From contig JBBIML010000008.1 of assembly GCA_037444405.1 (NCBI GenBank), positions 68,225-132,224 on the forward strand: 64,000 bases of DNA. Reading direction: 5' to 3'. The notes below the pieces were generated by a model. It had not been told where the DNA came from and ran no database searches. It saw only the letters and a program-made list of their open reading frames with translations. Every line of letters begins with the position of its first letter. Positions within the stretch are counted from its first letter, which is position 1. The position numbers were made by a program, and so were the translations under genes. Of the stretch, positions 9,136-18,807 are shown in pieces. The DNA comes from Armatimonadota bacterium. GTDB taxonomy: Bacteria; Armatimonadota; Fimbriimonadia; Fimbriimonadales; GBS-DC.

Positions 9136-10235
9136 TCAATCTCGCCAGGTGAAAGCCCCATCGGCAGGGGGGCGGGGCGCTCACAGCGACTTTCGATGGG
9201 GATGTGCTGCCTGCTGACCGACGACTCGTTGAAGCTGAGCATCACATCCAGCACATGGTAGGCGAGCGTGCCGCTGGCGCGGTGAGGGCGCCCCGTTTGA
9301 ATCGCGCGCACCATATCGGCAAGCCCCAGCCCACGACTCTGCTCGGTGTAGCCATTAATCAGGGGCACCTCCGACCACTCTCTGGCGTTTGCGCGCCGGA
9401 TCAGCACAGGTCCACCGAAGCCGTTCGGGTCGGGCACTCCAAGCGTACCCTCCGTGCCGTAAATCTCGATCGGCGGCAGGCGGTGCGCCCACACATCGAA
9501 CGACATCACCACGGTGGCAATCGCGCCGTTTTCGAACTCCATCGTGCCCGCGATATGGGTCGGCGTCTCCACATGGATAATCTGTCCGCGTTTCGGCTCG
9601 CTCTGGATCAGGCGCGTCGGGCGCGTGATCCGCGAGATGGCGCACACCCGCCGCACAGAACCCAGCAGGCTCACCAGCGCGGTGATATAGTAGGGACCCA
9701 TATCGAGCATCGGACCGCCCCCATGCTGATAGAAAAACTCCGGGTCGGGATGCCAGCGTTCGTGTCCGGGCGAGAGCATGAAGGCGGTCGCGCCGACGGG
9801 TTCGCCAATCCAGCCGTCGTCGATGAGCTTGCGGCAGGTTTGCAAGCCTGCGCCCAGAAAGGTGTCGGGCGCACCGCCCACCCGCAAGCCCTTCGATTCA
9901 GCCAGCTCCAGCGCCTTTTGCGCCTCCTGACGGTTGACGCCGAACGGTTTTTCGGTGTAGGCGTGCTTGCCTGCCTGCAGGGCGGCGGCGTTCAGCGGCG
10001 CGTGCGCCTTCGGCACCGTCAGATTCAGCACCACCTGCACTTCCGGGTCGGCAAGCAGCTCATCGGGGCTGCAGGCTTTCGGAATGTTGAACTCTTCGGC
10101 GCGAGCGCGGGCGCGCTCCAGCACAAGATCGGCAACCGCCACCACCTCCAGCATCGGGAACATGCGCAGCACACGCAGATAGGTCGGGCAGATGTTCCCA
10201 CAGCCAATCACACCCACTCTCATTCGCTCGCTCAT
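9132..10235 (-). CDS. Gfo/Idh/MocA family oxidoreductase
   Basis: N-terminal Rossmann motif [11 protein letters not shown] and EKPF motif. 367 aa. Confidence 0.85.
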   Translation of the reverse strand: MSERMRVGVIGCGNICPTYLRVLRMFPMLEVVAVADLVLERARARAEEFNIPKACSPDELLADPEVQVVLNLTVPKAHAPLNAAALQAGKHAYTEKPFGVNRQEAQKALELAESKGLRVGGAPDTFLGAGLQTCRKLIDDGWIGEPVGATAFMLSPGHERWHPDPEFFYQHGGGPMLDMGPYYITALVSLLGSVRRVCAISRITRPTRLIQSEPKRGQIIHVETPTHIAGTMEFENGAIATVVMSFDVWAHRLPPIEIYGTEGTLGVPDPNGFGGPVLIRRANAREWSEVPLINGYTEQSRGLGLADMVRAIQTGRPHRASGTLAYHVLDVMLSFNESSVSRQHIPIESRCERPAPLPMGLSPGEID

Positions 10236-10816
10236 CGTCCGCTCACTGGCTCCGTGCCGGTTTTGCCCTCGAACGATTCGCCCGCGTGCGGATGGGTTAA
10301 ATCTTCAATCGCGGGTCCCATCGTTTGCTGGGCGAAGGGGATTTCCTCGCCGCCCAGCGGGTAGTCCTTGCGCAGGGGATGCCCCACCCAGTCGTCGGGC
10401 ATCAGGATGCGCTTCAGGTTGGGATGACCCTCGAACTCGATGCCGAACATATCGTACACTTCGCGTTCGGGGTAGTTGGCGCCTTCCCAGATGGGCGTCA
10501 CGGAGGGCACCCGCTCCCCCTCGTTCACCCGCACCTTTAGAAAGATGCGCTGGAACGATACAGGCGAATAGAGGTTGTACACCACCTCGAACCGTTTCGG
10601 CTTCTCGCCTGCTTGCCATTTGGGCAGCCAGTCGATGCCCATCACATCGCTGATATAGAGATAGTTCAGGTCAGGGTCATCGCGCAGCAACTGGCACACG
10701 GGCAATAGATATTCGGGGCGGATGTAAATCCATGTGTCGCCCCGGAACTCGTAGATTTCTTCGATGGCGTCAGGGTAGGCGGCGCGGATTTTCTGAATCT
10801 CGATGCGTTCGCTCAT
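10232..10816 (-). CDS. nuoC: NADH-quinone oxidoreductase subunit C
   Basis: [16 protein letters not shown] and HPLRKDYPL motifs. ATGA overlaps at both ends. Confidence 0.85.
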   Translation of the reverse strand: MSERIEIQKIRAAYPDAIEEIYEFRGDTWIYIRPEYLLPVCQLLRDDPDLNYLYISDVMGIDWLPKWQAGEKPKRFEVVYNLYSPVSFQRIFLKVRVNEGERVPSVTPIWEGANYPEREVYDMFGIEFEGHPNLKRILMPDDWVGHPLRKDYPLGGEEIPFAQQTMGPAIEDLTHPHAGESFEGKTGTEPVSGR

Positions 10817-11280
10817 GGGTTCGCTCCTGCTTCTGACCTGTCAGCGGCGGTGAGGGCGGGCGTCGAGGTCGAAGGCTGGGGCAGCGGCTTCAGGCGGCGC
10901 GGCTCCACAGGATCTTCCCACTCCAGCGCGCCCTTCTTCAGCTCGTACAGGAAGGTGATAATCAGCAGCGCGCTGAACACGCCCACCACGCTTAGCACGA
11001 AACCGCGCATCTGCGCCGGCAGCTCCCGCAAAATCACAAAGAAGGGATAGAGGAAGGCGACCTCCACATCGAAGATGATGAACAGCATCGCGGTCAGGTA
11101 GAAGTGGACAGGGAACCGCTCGCGGGCGTCGCCGACAGGCGTGATGCCGCACTCATACGGCGCGCTCTTGGCAGGTGTGGGACGCTTCGGACCCAGCAGC
11201 CACGAGCCGCCCACCATCACCGCGGCAATTAATGCTGCCAGCCCAAACAGAATCAGAATCGGCACATACTCCACCGCCAT
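10813..11280 (-). CDS. nuoA: NADH-quinone oxidoreductase subunit A, with a C-terminal extension
   Basis: [14 protein letters not shown] and [11 protein letters not shown] motifs. ATG at 11280 (MAVEYVPIL..). The upstream part of the 206-aa ORF is not NuoA-like. Confidence 0.85.
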   Translation of the reverse strand: MAVEYVPILILFGLAALIAAVMVGGSWLLGPKRPTPAKSAPYECGITPVGDARERFPVHFYLTAMLFIIFDVEVAFLYPFFVILRELPAQMRGFVLSVVGVFSALLIITFLYELKKGALEWEDPVEPRRLKPLPQPSTSTPALTAADRSEAGANP

Positions 11281-11290
11281 AGCAGGAACA

Positions 11291-11311
11291 AGTATACCTG
11301 CAGGGTATATT
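11291..11311. promoter_or_regulatory. near-palindrome TATACCTGCAGGGTATA holding two divergent -10-like boxes (TATACT for nuoA, TATATT for 11333)
   Basis: It lies in the 52-bp divergent intergenic region. TATACT (minus strand) ends 10 nt before the nuoA ATG. Confidence 0.3.
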
Positions 11312-11332
11312 CCTTGCGTGAGGGGATGAACG

Positions 11333-13567
11333 ATGCGATTCACGATGCGTTTCGGGATTGCGCTGACAGCCTGCGTGCTGTCAACAATAGCGTTCGCTGC
11401 GCCGTCGCAGGACCCGCTTGAGCAGCCCATCACTTTTGACCAGCCCGCCCAGACCGTTAGACAACTGCTGGAGACGCTCTCGCGTCAGACGGGCGTGCGC
11501 CTGTTCGCGCCCAGCCCCATCGACTCGGAGTTCGTGCTGGTCGCGGTGAAGGAGATGCCCCTGAAAGAGCTGATGGCGCATCTGGCGCAGGTGGTGGATG
11601 GGGAGTGGTTGCCGCAGCCTGACGGCAGTTATCGGCTCGCCCGCACGCCCCGCATCATCAAGCAGCGCCAGCAGGAAGACAACGAGCAGATTCTGAAGAA
11701 GCTGAAAGAGATGCTCGGCGATAAGGAGCTGGCGGATCTTGCGCAGCCGCTCACGGAGGCGCAGGCGCGCCAGCACCGCGACAAACTCAAACAGCTGATG
11801 CAGGAAGCTGAGACCTCCGCCGATTCCGCCGATCGCTTCTGGAACATATCCGCCCGACGCAACTTTGATGAGCATGCTCATGCGCTGGACGCGGGTCGAC
11901 GACTCACCCTGCGCCTGATCCGGCAGATAGACCCCAGGCGCTTGCTGGAGATACCAGTGGGCGAGCGGCGCGTGTTCAGCAACATGCGTGGACGCTACCT
12001 GCTGCCGTTCGGCTTTTCCGTTCAGCCACTCGTGGAGCAATATATGCGCGAGAAGCGGCTCGTGTATGAGCTGTGGACGCATCCCACCGAGGGGCTGGAC
12101 GAAAAGCGCGTGAAGGAGTTCAACGATCGCTTCAGCTACCTGGTACCCGACTTTCAACTGCGGCAAGAGCTGCCAGCTCAACCGCTCACGCGCGTCTATC
12201 TGAAAGTGGATCGTACCGCACCCGATAGCTTCTACTTTTCTACCGAACTCCTCACGGACGATTTGAAAGAGATGGTTTATGCGGGGTTTGTCGGATCCTA
12301 CGAACTGGAGTATCGCCACCTGGTAGAGCAGCAGGCTTCGAGAGCACAAACGCAACAGTCTGCGGAAGCCAAGGTGGAGTGGAGTGAGCCGTCGCGCCAG
12401 TTCATCGAGGCGTATCGGGCGATGGAACGCGCCACCGAGCCGACGCCCCTCCCGCCCATTCTCGATCCTGCCCAGACCGAGCCGCTGAGCCTTATCCCCT
12501 CCGATGTGCTGCGCGCCTATGCACGGCACAAAAACAAAAACCTCGTTGCGCATGTCCCCGATAGTCTGTGTGTATGGATAAGAATCGCTCTGGTACGCGC
12601 GGAGCTGTCCAGGTTTACCAGCTGGCTGGAGTGGTCCTATCAACAGCAGGAGACGGAGCGTGTGATTTTAATCAAGCTCCGATGGTCTTCCTATGAATGG
12701 GGCGCGCGTGTCGACCGAAAGGCGCTGAGCGAACTGCTCAACAACATTCTGAAGCAGGGCTATATTCGGCTGGAGCATTCCCTCGCGTTGCTAAAACTCT
12801 GCGAACCCGTTCAGCACGATTACTGGCTGCTGGATAGTTACCTGGACATGCTACAGGGCGATTCGTTTATAGTCAGCGACTTCGTTCAGGCTAACCTGCG
12901 CCTTCTGCGAAGCCTGACGCCCGCGCAGCTGCAACATCTGCAGTCAGGCGGTACGCTGGCGATTAATGCGCTCACCCCCTACCAGCGGGAGCAACTGATT
13001 AAAGATATTTACTACAGCGATTCGACCCTTGAGCGGGACTACAGGTGGGTTGCTGAGCAAACTCTCGCCTCCGGGCAGTTGGTTCGGCTCTCCGATTTGC
13101 CCGCTACCGAGCTGGTGCATGCAGTCTATCCCGACGGCTTGCCGCCAAACGCTGTCCTCAAAACGGCAGATAAGGAAGAGGAGATGGGTGTCTTCACGCG
13201 GCGCAAAGCGGGCGTCTGGTCGGACTTCAGAGAAGCCATGGATCTGGCGATGGCGATGTTCGTCTTCACCGACGAGAAACGCTTCACAGCGAACGAGTGG
13301 GTACGCCAGTACTATCAGCAGAGGATTGAGCGCTACAAAAACTCGCCGCTGATGCCAGCGGTGCGGAAGTCGTTCGCGCTGGTGGTGCAGATGGCGCCGT
13401 TTGTGATCGAGCTGCCCTCGTCAGGTAGCTACTACGGGGGTGCTCGTCTTGCCGATTATCGGCTGCTGAATGACGGTAAGCCGGTGACCTTTGATCAGTT
13501 GCCGCCGGAGTTGAAAAAGAAGATAGAGGAGTATCAGCAGATGTATCGATCCATACCAGAGGAGTGA
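11333..13567 (+). CDS. hypothetical secreted protein, 744 aa
   Basis: Signal peptide MRFGIALTACVLSTIAFAAP. The rest is a hydrophilic, helix-rich body. The N-terminal ~80 aa are loosely like an STN/secretin-N type domain. No catalytic motif recognised. Confidence 0.6.
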   Translation: MRFTMRFGIALTACVLSTIAFAAPSQDPLEQPITFDQPAQTVRQLLETLSRQTGVRLFAPSPIDSEFVLVAVKEMPLKELMAHLAQVVDGEWLPQPDGSYRLARTPRIIKQRQQEDNEQILKKLKEMLGDKELADLAQPLTEAQARQHRDKLKQLMQEAETSADSADRFWNISARRNFDEHAHALDAGRRLTLRLIRQIDPRRLLEIPVGERRVFSNMRGRYLLPFGFSVQPLVEQYMREKRLVYELWTHPTEGLDEKRVKEFNDRFSYLVPDFQLRQELPAQPLTRVYLKVDRTAPDSFYFSTELLTDDLKEMVYAGFVGSYELEYRHLVEQQASRAQTQQSAEAKVEWSEPSRQFIEAYRAMERATEPTPLPPILDPAQTEPLSLIPSDVLRAYARHKNKNLVAHVPDSLCVWIRIALVRAELSRFTSWLEWSYQQQETERVILIKLRWSSYEWGARVDRKALSELLNNILKQGYIRLEHSLALLKLCEPVQHDYWLLDSYLDMLQGDSFIVSDFVQANLRLLRSLTPAQLQHLQSGGTLAINALTPYQREQLIKDIYYSDSTLERDYRWVAEQTLASGQLVRLSDLPATELVHAVYPDGLPPNAVLKTADKEEEMGVFTRRKAGVWSDFREAMDLAMAMFVFTDEKRFTANEWVRQYYQQRIERYKNSPLMPAVRKSFALVVQMAPFVIELPSSGSYYGGARLADYRLLNDGKPVTFDQLPPELKKKIEEYQQMYRSIPEE

Positions 13568-14109
13568 TGGGGGTGTTGTGGCAGTCGGAGGCGTGGCGGT
13601 ATCGGTGGCTGCCGCTGTTGCTGGCGGTGGTGGGCGTGGTGGCAGCCTACTGGCTGCAGGAGGTGGGCATCGTGCGGCGCCACGCGCTGCTGCTGGCGTT
13701 GCTGGTCGGGCTGGGCTTCTTTCACCCGACCCTGCGCCATCCGCTGCTCATTCTGTTCGGCTATGGCTTGAGCCTCTATTTTCTGTCCAAGTCGCTGGGT
13801 TCGTGGGCGGACGCGCCGTTTGGTGGGCTGGAGCCTGTGGATCGCTGGCTGTGGCTGCTGGTGGGTCTGCTGTGTGCGGTCAGCGCGATGGGCATGGGTC
13901 GTCCGACGCCGCCGCGCTGGGCGTCGGCGGTGCTGCTGTTCGCGCTGGGCATCTACTTCATCACCTACACCTGCGCCGAGATTCGGCACGGGAACACGCT
14001 GCAGGTGATTGCGGGCGCAGGGCTGGCGCTGGTCGCTTTCGTGGCGGGGCTGGCGAGCCTGATCGAAGCCTATGCCCGCCCGCACCTCAAGCATCTGCGA
14101 AGCCGATGA
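13564..14109 (+). CDS. hypothetical polytopic membrane protein
   Basis: About 5 hydrophobic segments. The start (GTG 13564 or ATG 13567) overlaps the stop of the upstream gene. Confidence 0.55.
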   Translation: MMGVLWQSEAWRYRWLPLLLAVVGVVAAYWLQEVGIVRRHALLLALLVGLGFFHPTLRHPLLILFGYGLSLYFLSKSLGSWADAPFGGLEPVDRWLWLLVGLLCAVSAMGMGRPTPPRWASAVLLFALGIYFITYTCAEIRHGNTLQVIAGAGLALVAFVAGLASLIEAYARPHLKHLRSR

Positions 14110-14151
14110 AGAGGGTATCATGCCCGCAGTTCGCAGGAGCAGGTGACAGGG

Positions 14152-15213
14152 ATGGCGGTCAGGCTGTTGCACACAGCGGATGTGCATCTGGGACGAGCGT
14201 TCGGCTATCTGGGCGAACGCGCTGCCGAGCATCAACAACGCCTGCTGCGCACCTTCGAACGGCTCATTAACATCGCCCGCCAGCAGGAGTGCCATGCGAT
14301 TCTGATTGCGGGCGACCTGTTCGACTCACCGCGCGTCGCCCGCCAGTGGGTGAGCCGTGCTGTGGACCATCTCGGCGCGACGCGACTGCCCGTGCTGATT
14401 ATCCCTGGCAACCATGACCCTGCGGAGCGCCATCCATTTCTGGAGCAGGCTCTACCGCCGAATGTACATTTTTTGCCCCGTGCTGAGCGTTATGAGCTGT
14501 CCATGCTGGAACTGGACATCGTTGCCTGCCCTGCAAGCACTCAGCACGAGTGGGTGCGCCTGCTCGCGCGCGAGCCGAATGGCGCACCGTTTCAAATCGC
14601 GCTGCTACACGGCTCCCTGCCCACGCCCGACGGTCAGGGCGACCTCACACCCGCGATGATTGGCGCCAGCCAGCTGGACTATATCGCGCTGGGTGACTGG
14701 CACTCCCCGCGCGACTGTTCCTGTAATGGTGTCGTTTGCTGGTACAGCGGTGCGCCCGAAATGATACTGCCCGACCAGCAACTGCCCGGCAGGGTGCTGA
14801 TTGTTGATCTGGAGCGTGGTCAGCCCGCGCAGGTGCAGGTGGTTCAGGTGGGGGAGGTATGCAACGCGACGCTGAGCCTCGAACTGGACGCTTTTGAGGA
14901 CAGTCAGCAGCTGATGGAGGCGATTCGGGAACGGCTCACGCCTGCCACCGTTGCCCACCTGCGCCTCACGGGCAGGTGGCGCAACCCCGAACCGCTGGAC
15001 CCGCTGGAGCTCGAGCAGCGACTGCAGCCGTTCTGCCTGTGGCTGAAGGTCGAATCGGCTTTTCAGATGGGCGAGCTTCAGGCGGGCAATCCGTTCGAGC
15101 AGGTGTTCGCGTCGGTCGTCGCCGAGCGCAAAGCGCAGGCGGCGCAACCCGCTGAACTGCTGGACGAGGTTCTGCAGCTCGGACTCTATCTGCTGCGGGG
15201 AGGGCGGCTCTGA
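14152..15213 (+). CDS. SbcD/Mre11-like metallophosphoesterase (YhaO-like DNA repair exonuclease)
   Basis: LLHTADVHLG, IAGDLFD and IIPGNHD motifs. ATG at 14152 lies 5 nt after AGGTGA. Confidence 0.8.
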   Translation: MAVRLLHTADVHLGRAFGYLGERAAEHQQRLLRTFERLINIARQQECHAILIAGDLFDSPRVARQWVSRAVDHLGATRLPVLIIPGNHDPAERHPFLEQALPPNVHFLPRAERYELSMLELDIVACPASTQHEWVRLLAREPNGAPFQIALLHGSLPTPDGQGDLTPAMIGASQLDYIALGDWHSPRDCSCNGVVCWYSGAPEMILPDQQLPGRVLIVDLERGQPAQVQVVQVGEVCNATLSLELDAFEDSQQLMEAIRERLTPATVAHLRLTGRWRNPEPLDPLELEQRLQPFCLWLKVESAFQMGELQAGNPFEQVFASVVAERKAQAAQPAELLDEVLQLGLYLLRGGRL

Positions 15214-17465
15214 TGCGGTTCGTGCGCCTGCGACTGGAAGGCTATCGCCGATTCCGCCAGCCATTTGAGTGCCAGTTCGGTGAGGGGCTGAACCTCATCT
15301 GCGGACCGAACGAATCGGGCAAAAGCACCCTGCTGAATGCGCTGCTGGACGCCCTCTATGCGAACCCGTTCAGCATGGCGCGGGAACTGAGCGAGCGCGT
15401 CGCCTTCGGGCACCCCGGCGGCTGGCAACTCTGGCTGGAGCTGGAGAGTGACGAGTGTCGGCTCTGCCTCTACAAACGCTACGCGCCTGATGATCCCGCC
15501 CGCCGCTCGGAGTTTAGGGTTATTTCAAGCCCTCACCCCCTTTCCCCCTCTCTTAGTGCTGTGGGAGAGGGGGTTCTGCAATCCTTCTCTCCCACCAGTG
15601 GGGGAGAGAGTGCAGGTGAGGGGGCTATCGAAGGCAAAGAGGCATTACAGCGCTGGGAGCAGCTGTGGGGTGTATCGCGTGAGGTCTACCTCGCCACCGC
15701 CTGCATCCGCCAGCACGAGCTGAGCGCGATCGCCACCGATAAAAAGAGCCTCAACTCGCTCCAGCAGCAACTGCGTGAGGACGCCCTCATGACCGACCTC
15801 GAACGCATCCTCAAGCTCCTGCAGGACGAAATCAGGTCGGTGGACAGGCAGCTGGAGAGCCTGCATCAGCAGCGAGCCGAGCGCACCACTGCACTCCAGC
15901 AGGCAGAGCGAGCCGCCCAGCAGATTCGCGAACATCGCCAGCGCCTGCAGACACTCACCGAGCAAATCGCTCAATACCAGCAGCTCATCGAGCAGGAGCA
16001 GGCGCTGCTCGAACGCTGGCAGGCGATTCAGCACCGTGAGCGCGTGCGGGCGGACGCCGAGCAGCTGCGGCGCGTGCTGGACACCCTCGAACGCATCGAT
16101 TCGGACCTGCAACGCCTGCAAAACAGGCTCCAGCAGGAGTATGGAGCGTTCCTCGCGCTGCCCGACAACTTCTATGAGCAGCAGGTTCTGCCCCTTGTCC
16201 AGCAGTATGAACAGACCGCTCGTGAGGAGCAGCAGGCGGAGGCACAGCTCCAGCAGTTGCGCCCGCACACCGAGCGGCTGATTGCCCACCAGCGGGCACG
16301 AGCAGGGCTGGGTCTGATGGGCGTCGCGCTCGTGCTAACAGGCGTCTCGCTCGTACCCGTGAATGGGCTGATAGGCGGCGCCGCGATCGGGCTGGGCTGC
16401 CTCACGCTGCTGCTGATGCTGCTGTGGCGCCCTGCGAACGCCCGCGAGCTGGACAGCCAGCGTCGCCAGCTGGAGCAACGGCTCGAAAACGCCCGCCAGC
16501 AGCGTCAGAGCGCCCAGCAACGGCTGCTCGCGATGCTCCCGCAAGAAGACAGGTTCGAACCCGACACCAGCGGCGCGGTGGATCGCCTCATCGAACGGTT
16601 TCGGGAGCGTTATCAGCAGTATCGACGGCTGTGCAGCGAGCAGGAAAGCCTCCAGAGCCAGCGTGAGGGGCTATTGCAAGCGCATGACCCTGACCAGTTG
16701 CGCCAGCGATGGAACCAGCTCGCCATCGAACTGCACGCGCGGGAGAGTGAGCTGAGCCGCGACCCGCTGACAGAGCAGCTCGCGAATCGTCCACCTGAAG
16801 AGTGGCTCCAGCGCCAGCACCGCCTGCAGGCGTTGCTCGCCGAACAGGAGCAGGCTATGCAGGAGAAGCTGCGTCTCGAAGGCGCTCTGAACCAGCTCCA
16901 GCTCGAACATGACCCTGCCGAACTGCGCCTGCAACGGCAACAGCTGGAGGAGCAAATCGCCGCGCTGGAGCGCCGCCGCGAACGGCTCCGGCTCACGCGC
17001 GAACTGCTGATAGAGGCGAACCGCCGTTATTTGAGCGACTTAAGCCCGCTGTTGAAACCGCGCATAGAAATCTATCTGCCCGCGCTGACCTGCGGGCGCT
17101 ACACGCAGGTGCAGATGGGCGATGGGCTGCTCTTTCAGGTGTATCATCCGCAGGCGGGCGACTGGCTGAACGCTGACCCACGCGAATCGGGCTGGAGCGC
17201 GGGCACGCTCGATCAAATCTTCTTCGCGTGCCGATTGGGGCTGTGCGACGCGCTCGCTGGCGACCGCCGCCTGCCCCTGCTGTTAGATGACCCGTTTCTT
17301 GCTTTCGATTCGGAGCGGTTGCAGGCGGCGATGGAACTGCTCACCCGCATAACGCAACACACGCAGGTGCTGCTGTTCACCTGCCGCCTGCCCGATTCTC
17401 TACCGCCCGCTGTGAACCTTATCGAACTGCCGGCGCCTGCGGATCACCAGTCGCGCGCCCAGTAG
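15213..17465 (+). CDS. SbcC/Rad50-like AAA ATPase (YhaN-like) with a central transmembrane hairpin
   Basis: Walker A GPNESGKST, long Q/E/L/R-rich coiled coil, and Walker B LPLLLDDPFLAFD. The start overlaps the upstream stop as TGATG. Two hydrophobic helices lie at about residues 375-420. Confidence 0.8.
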   Translation: MRFVRLRLEGYRRFRQPFECQFGEGLNLICGPNESGKSTLLNALLDALYANPFSMARELSERVAFGHPGGWQLWLELESDECRLCLYKRYAPDDPARRSEFRVISSPHPLSPSLSAVGEGVLQSFSPTSGGESAGEGAIEGKEALQRWEQLWGVSREVYLATACIRQHELSAIATDKKSLNSLQQQLREDALMTDLERILKLLQDEIRSVDRQLESLHQQRAERTTALQQAERAAQQIREHRQRLQTLTEQIAQYQQLIEQEQALLERWQAIQHRERVRADAEQLRRVLDTLERIDSDLQRLQNRLQQEYGAFLALPDNFYEQQVLPLVQQYEQTAREEQQAEAQLQQLRPHTERLIAHQRARAGLGLMGVALVLTGVSLVPVNGLIGGAAIGLGCLTLLLMLLWRPANARELDSQRRQLEQRLENARQQRQSAQQRLLAMLPQEDRFEPDTSGAVDRLIERFRERYQQYRRLCSEQESLQSQREGLLQAHDPDQLRQRWNQLAIELHARESELSRDPLTEQLANRPPEEWLQRQHRLQALLAEQEQAMQEKLRLEGALNQLQLEHDPAELRLQRQQLEEQIAALERRRERLRLTRELLIEANRRYLSDLSPLLKPRIEIYLPALTCGRYTQVQMGDGLLFQVYHPQAGDWLNADPRESGWSAGTLDQIFFACRLGLCDALAGDRRLPLLLDDPFLAFDSERLQAAMELLTRITQHTQVLLFTCRLPDSLPPAVNLIELPAPADHQSRAQ
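15529..15625. repeat. composite palindromic element (family A, CCCTCTC/GAGAGGG type) lying in frame inside the ATPase CDS
   Basis: Two inner hairpins, CCCCCTCTC..GGAGAGGGGG and CTCTCCCAC..GTGGGGGAGAG, are flanked by GCCCTCACC..GGTGAGGG(GG)C. Confidence 0.8.
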
Positions 17466-17640
17466 CGGTTGTCGGTCGCCTCGCCAGTCGCCGCTGATGG
17501 AGGCGTAGCGGCGATGATACCAGCGCGTGATAGGCAACAGTCTCCCAGTGTTCTCTCGATGCCTGCAGGAAACACCTTAAAGACAGGGTATAATGCAAGT
17601 GCTGGAGGAATGGGGCTGCCCAGCGAGAAGGAGATTCGCT

Positions 17641-18441
17641 ATGAGAAAAGCCGGATTCACACTCATTGAGCTGCTGGTCGTGATTGCGATTATCGCCATT
17701 CTGGCGGCGATATTGTTCCCTGTGTTTGCCCAGGTACGCGAGAAAGCGCGCCAGACAACATGCACCTCCAACATGAAGCAGATGCTTATCTCTGCGTTCA
17801 TGTACCAGCAGGACTACGAGGAGAAGTTCCATCGCCTACTGAGTGGCGAGCGTCGGTTTAACAACGATCCTAACGGACCCGATCAGGCGTTTGGAGCTGA
17901 GGATATGCTGATGCCCTATGTGAAGAATCGGGGCGTTTTTTCCTGTCCCAGCGATAATGTGCCCCGCGACGACTGCACAGGTCCTGCAGGTATCTGGTTT
18001 CCAATCAGTTATTCCTGGACGCACTACCAGAGCGGTGCGTGGCACGATTCAGCCACCTTTGGAGTTTGTGCGTACTATGCCAGCGAGGACTCGCGCCCAA
18101 CCGCTGTGATTGGGCGTCCTGCGGAGACCATCGTGCTGTATGAACTCTGGACCACCGTGAGTTACGGACGGTATATGGCATACTGGCGCTGGGATAATCG
18201 CAACATTGCCGATCCGAGCTGGCCCGATGCGCCCAACACCTTCTGCTTCAACTGGTGTGGCAACTGCGATGCTCGCATGACCATCGGCGCCCATCAGAAG
18301 CTGACCAACTTTGGCTTTGCCGATGGGCATACCAAGCCGATGAACCGCAAGTCGATCATGTACTGGCCCTGGGATCAAACTGCAGCCCAGCAACTGCGCC
18401 GTAATCTGATCCACTGGGACGAACGCTACAAGGGGAACTGA
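17641..18441 (+). CDS. prepilin-type N-terminal cleavage/methylation domain protein (pseudopilin-like, H-X9-DG type)
   Basis: [26 protein letters not shown]-terminus and C-terminal [15 protein letters not shown] lies upstream of the ATG at 17641. Confidence 0.85.
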   Translation: MRKAGFTLIELLVVIAIIAILAAILFPVFAQVREKARQTTCTSNMKQMLISAFMYQQDYEEKFHRLLSGERRFNNDPNGPDQAFGAEDMLMPYVKNRGVFSCPSDNVPRDDCTGPAGIWFPISYSWTHYQSGAWHDSATFGVCAYYASEDSRPTAVIGRPAETIVLYELWTTVSYGRYMAYWRWDNRNIADPSWPDAPNTFCFNWCGNCDARMTIGAHQKLTNFGFADGHTKPMNRKSIMYWPWDQTAAQQLRRNLIHWDERYKGN

Positions 18442-18442
18442 C

Positions 18443-18661
18443 ATGGACGATCGCACGAAACTGATCGCGCTGATTGTGCTGGTGGTGCTGGCGGTGGCGG
18501 TGGCTGCCTACTCGGGCTATCGTTCCTTCCGACAGGAGCAGGGCGAGGTCAAAGGGCGGATCGAGCTCTTTCCTGGCGGCAAGAAAGGCGCGATGGAACG
18601 CCAGATGGAGGAGCAGGGACCACCTGCCCAGGCACCACAATACCCCACAGGTGGACGCTGA
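18443..18661 (+). CDS. small single-pass membrane protein
   Basis: 72 aa. One TM (LIALIVLVVLAVAVAAY) followed by a polar tail. The start is 1 nt after the pseudopilin stop. Confidence 0.45.
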   Translation: MDDRTKLIALIVLVVLAVAVAAYSGYRSFRQEQGEVKGRIELFPGGKKGAMERQMEEQGPPAQAPQYPTGGR

Positions 18662-18807
18662 AGAGGTTCTACCCTGTGAGGGCTGCACACCGATTCACGC
18701 GGCTCCCGAAGCTTCTTTTTTGAAGGAAACGGGCTCGGGACAGCGTATTTCTAAAGAGCGTATTTCTACAGGAGGATGGGGCATCCTGTAGCGAAGGAGG
18801 TTCAACG

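Noticed and set aside
17489-17513. Hairpin CGCCGCT-N11-AGCGGCG after the SbcC-like gene as an intrinsic terminator.
   Set aside because: The stem is only 7 bp, the loop is 11 nt and no T-tract follows. This is too weak to call.
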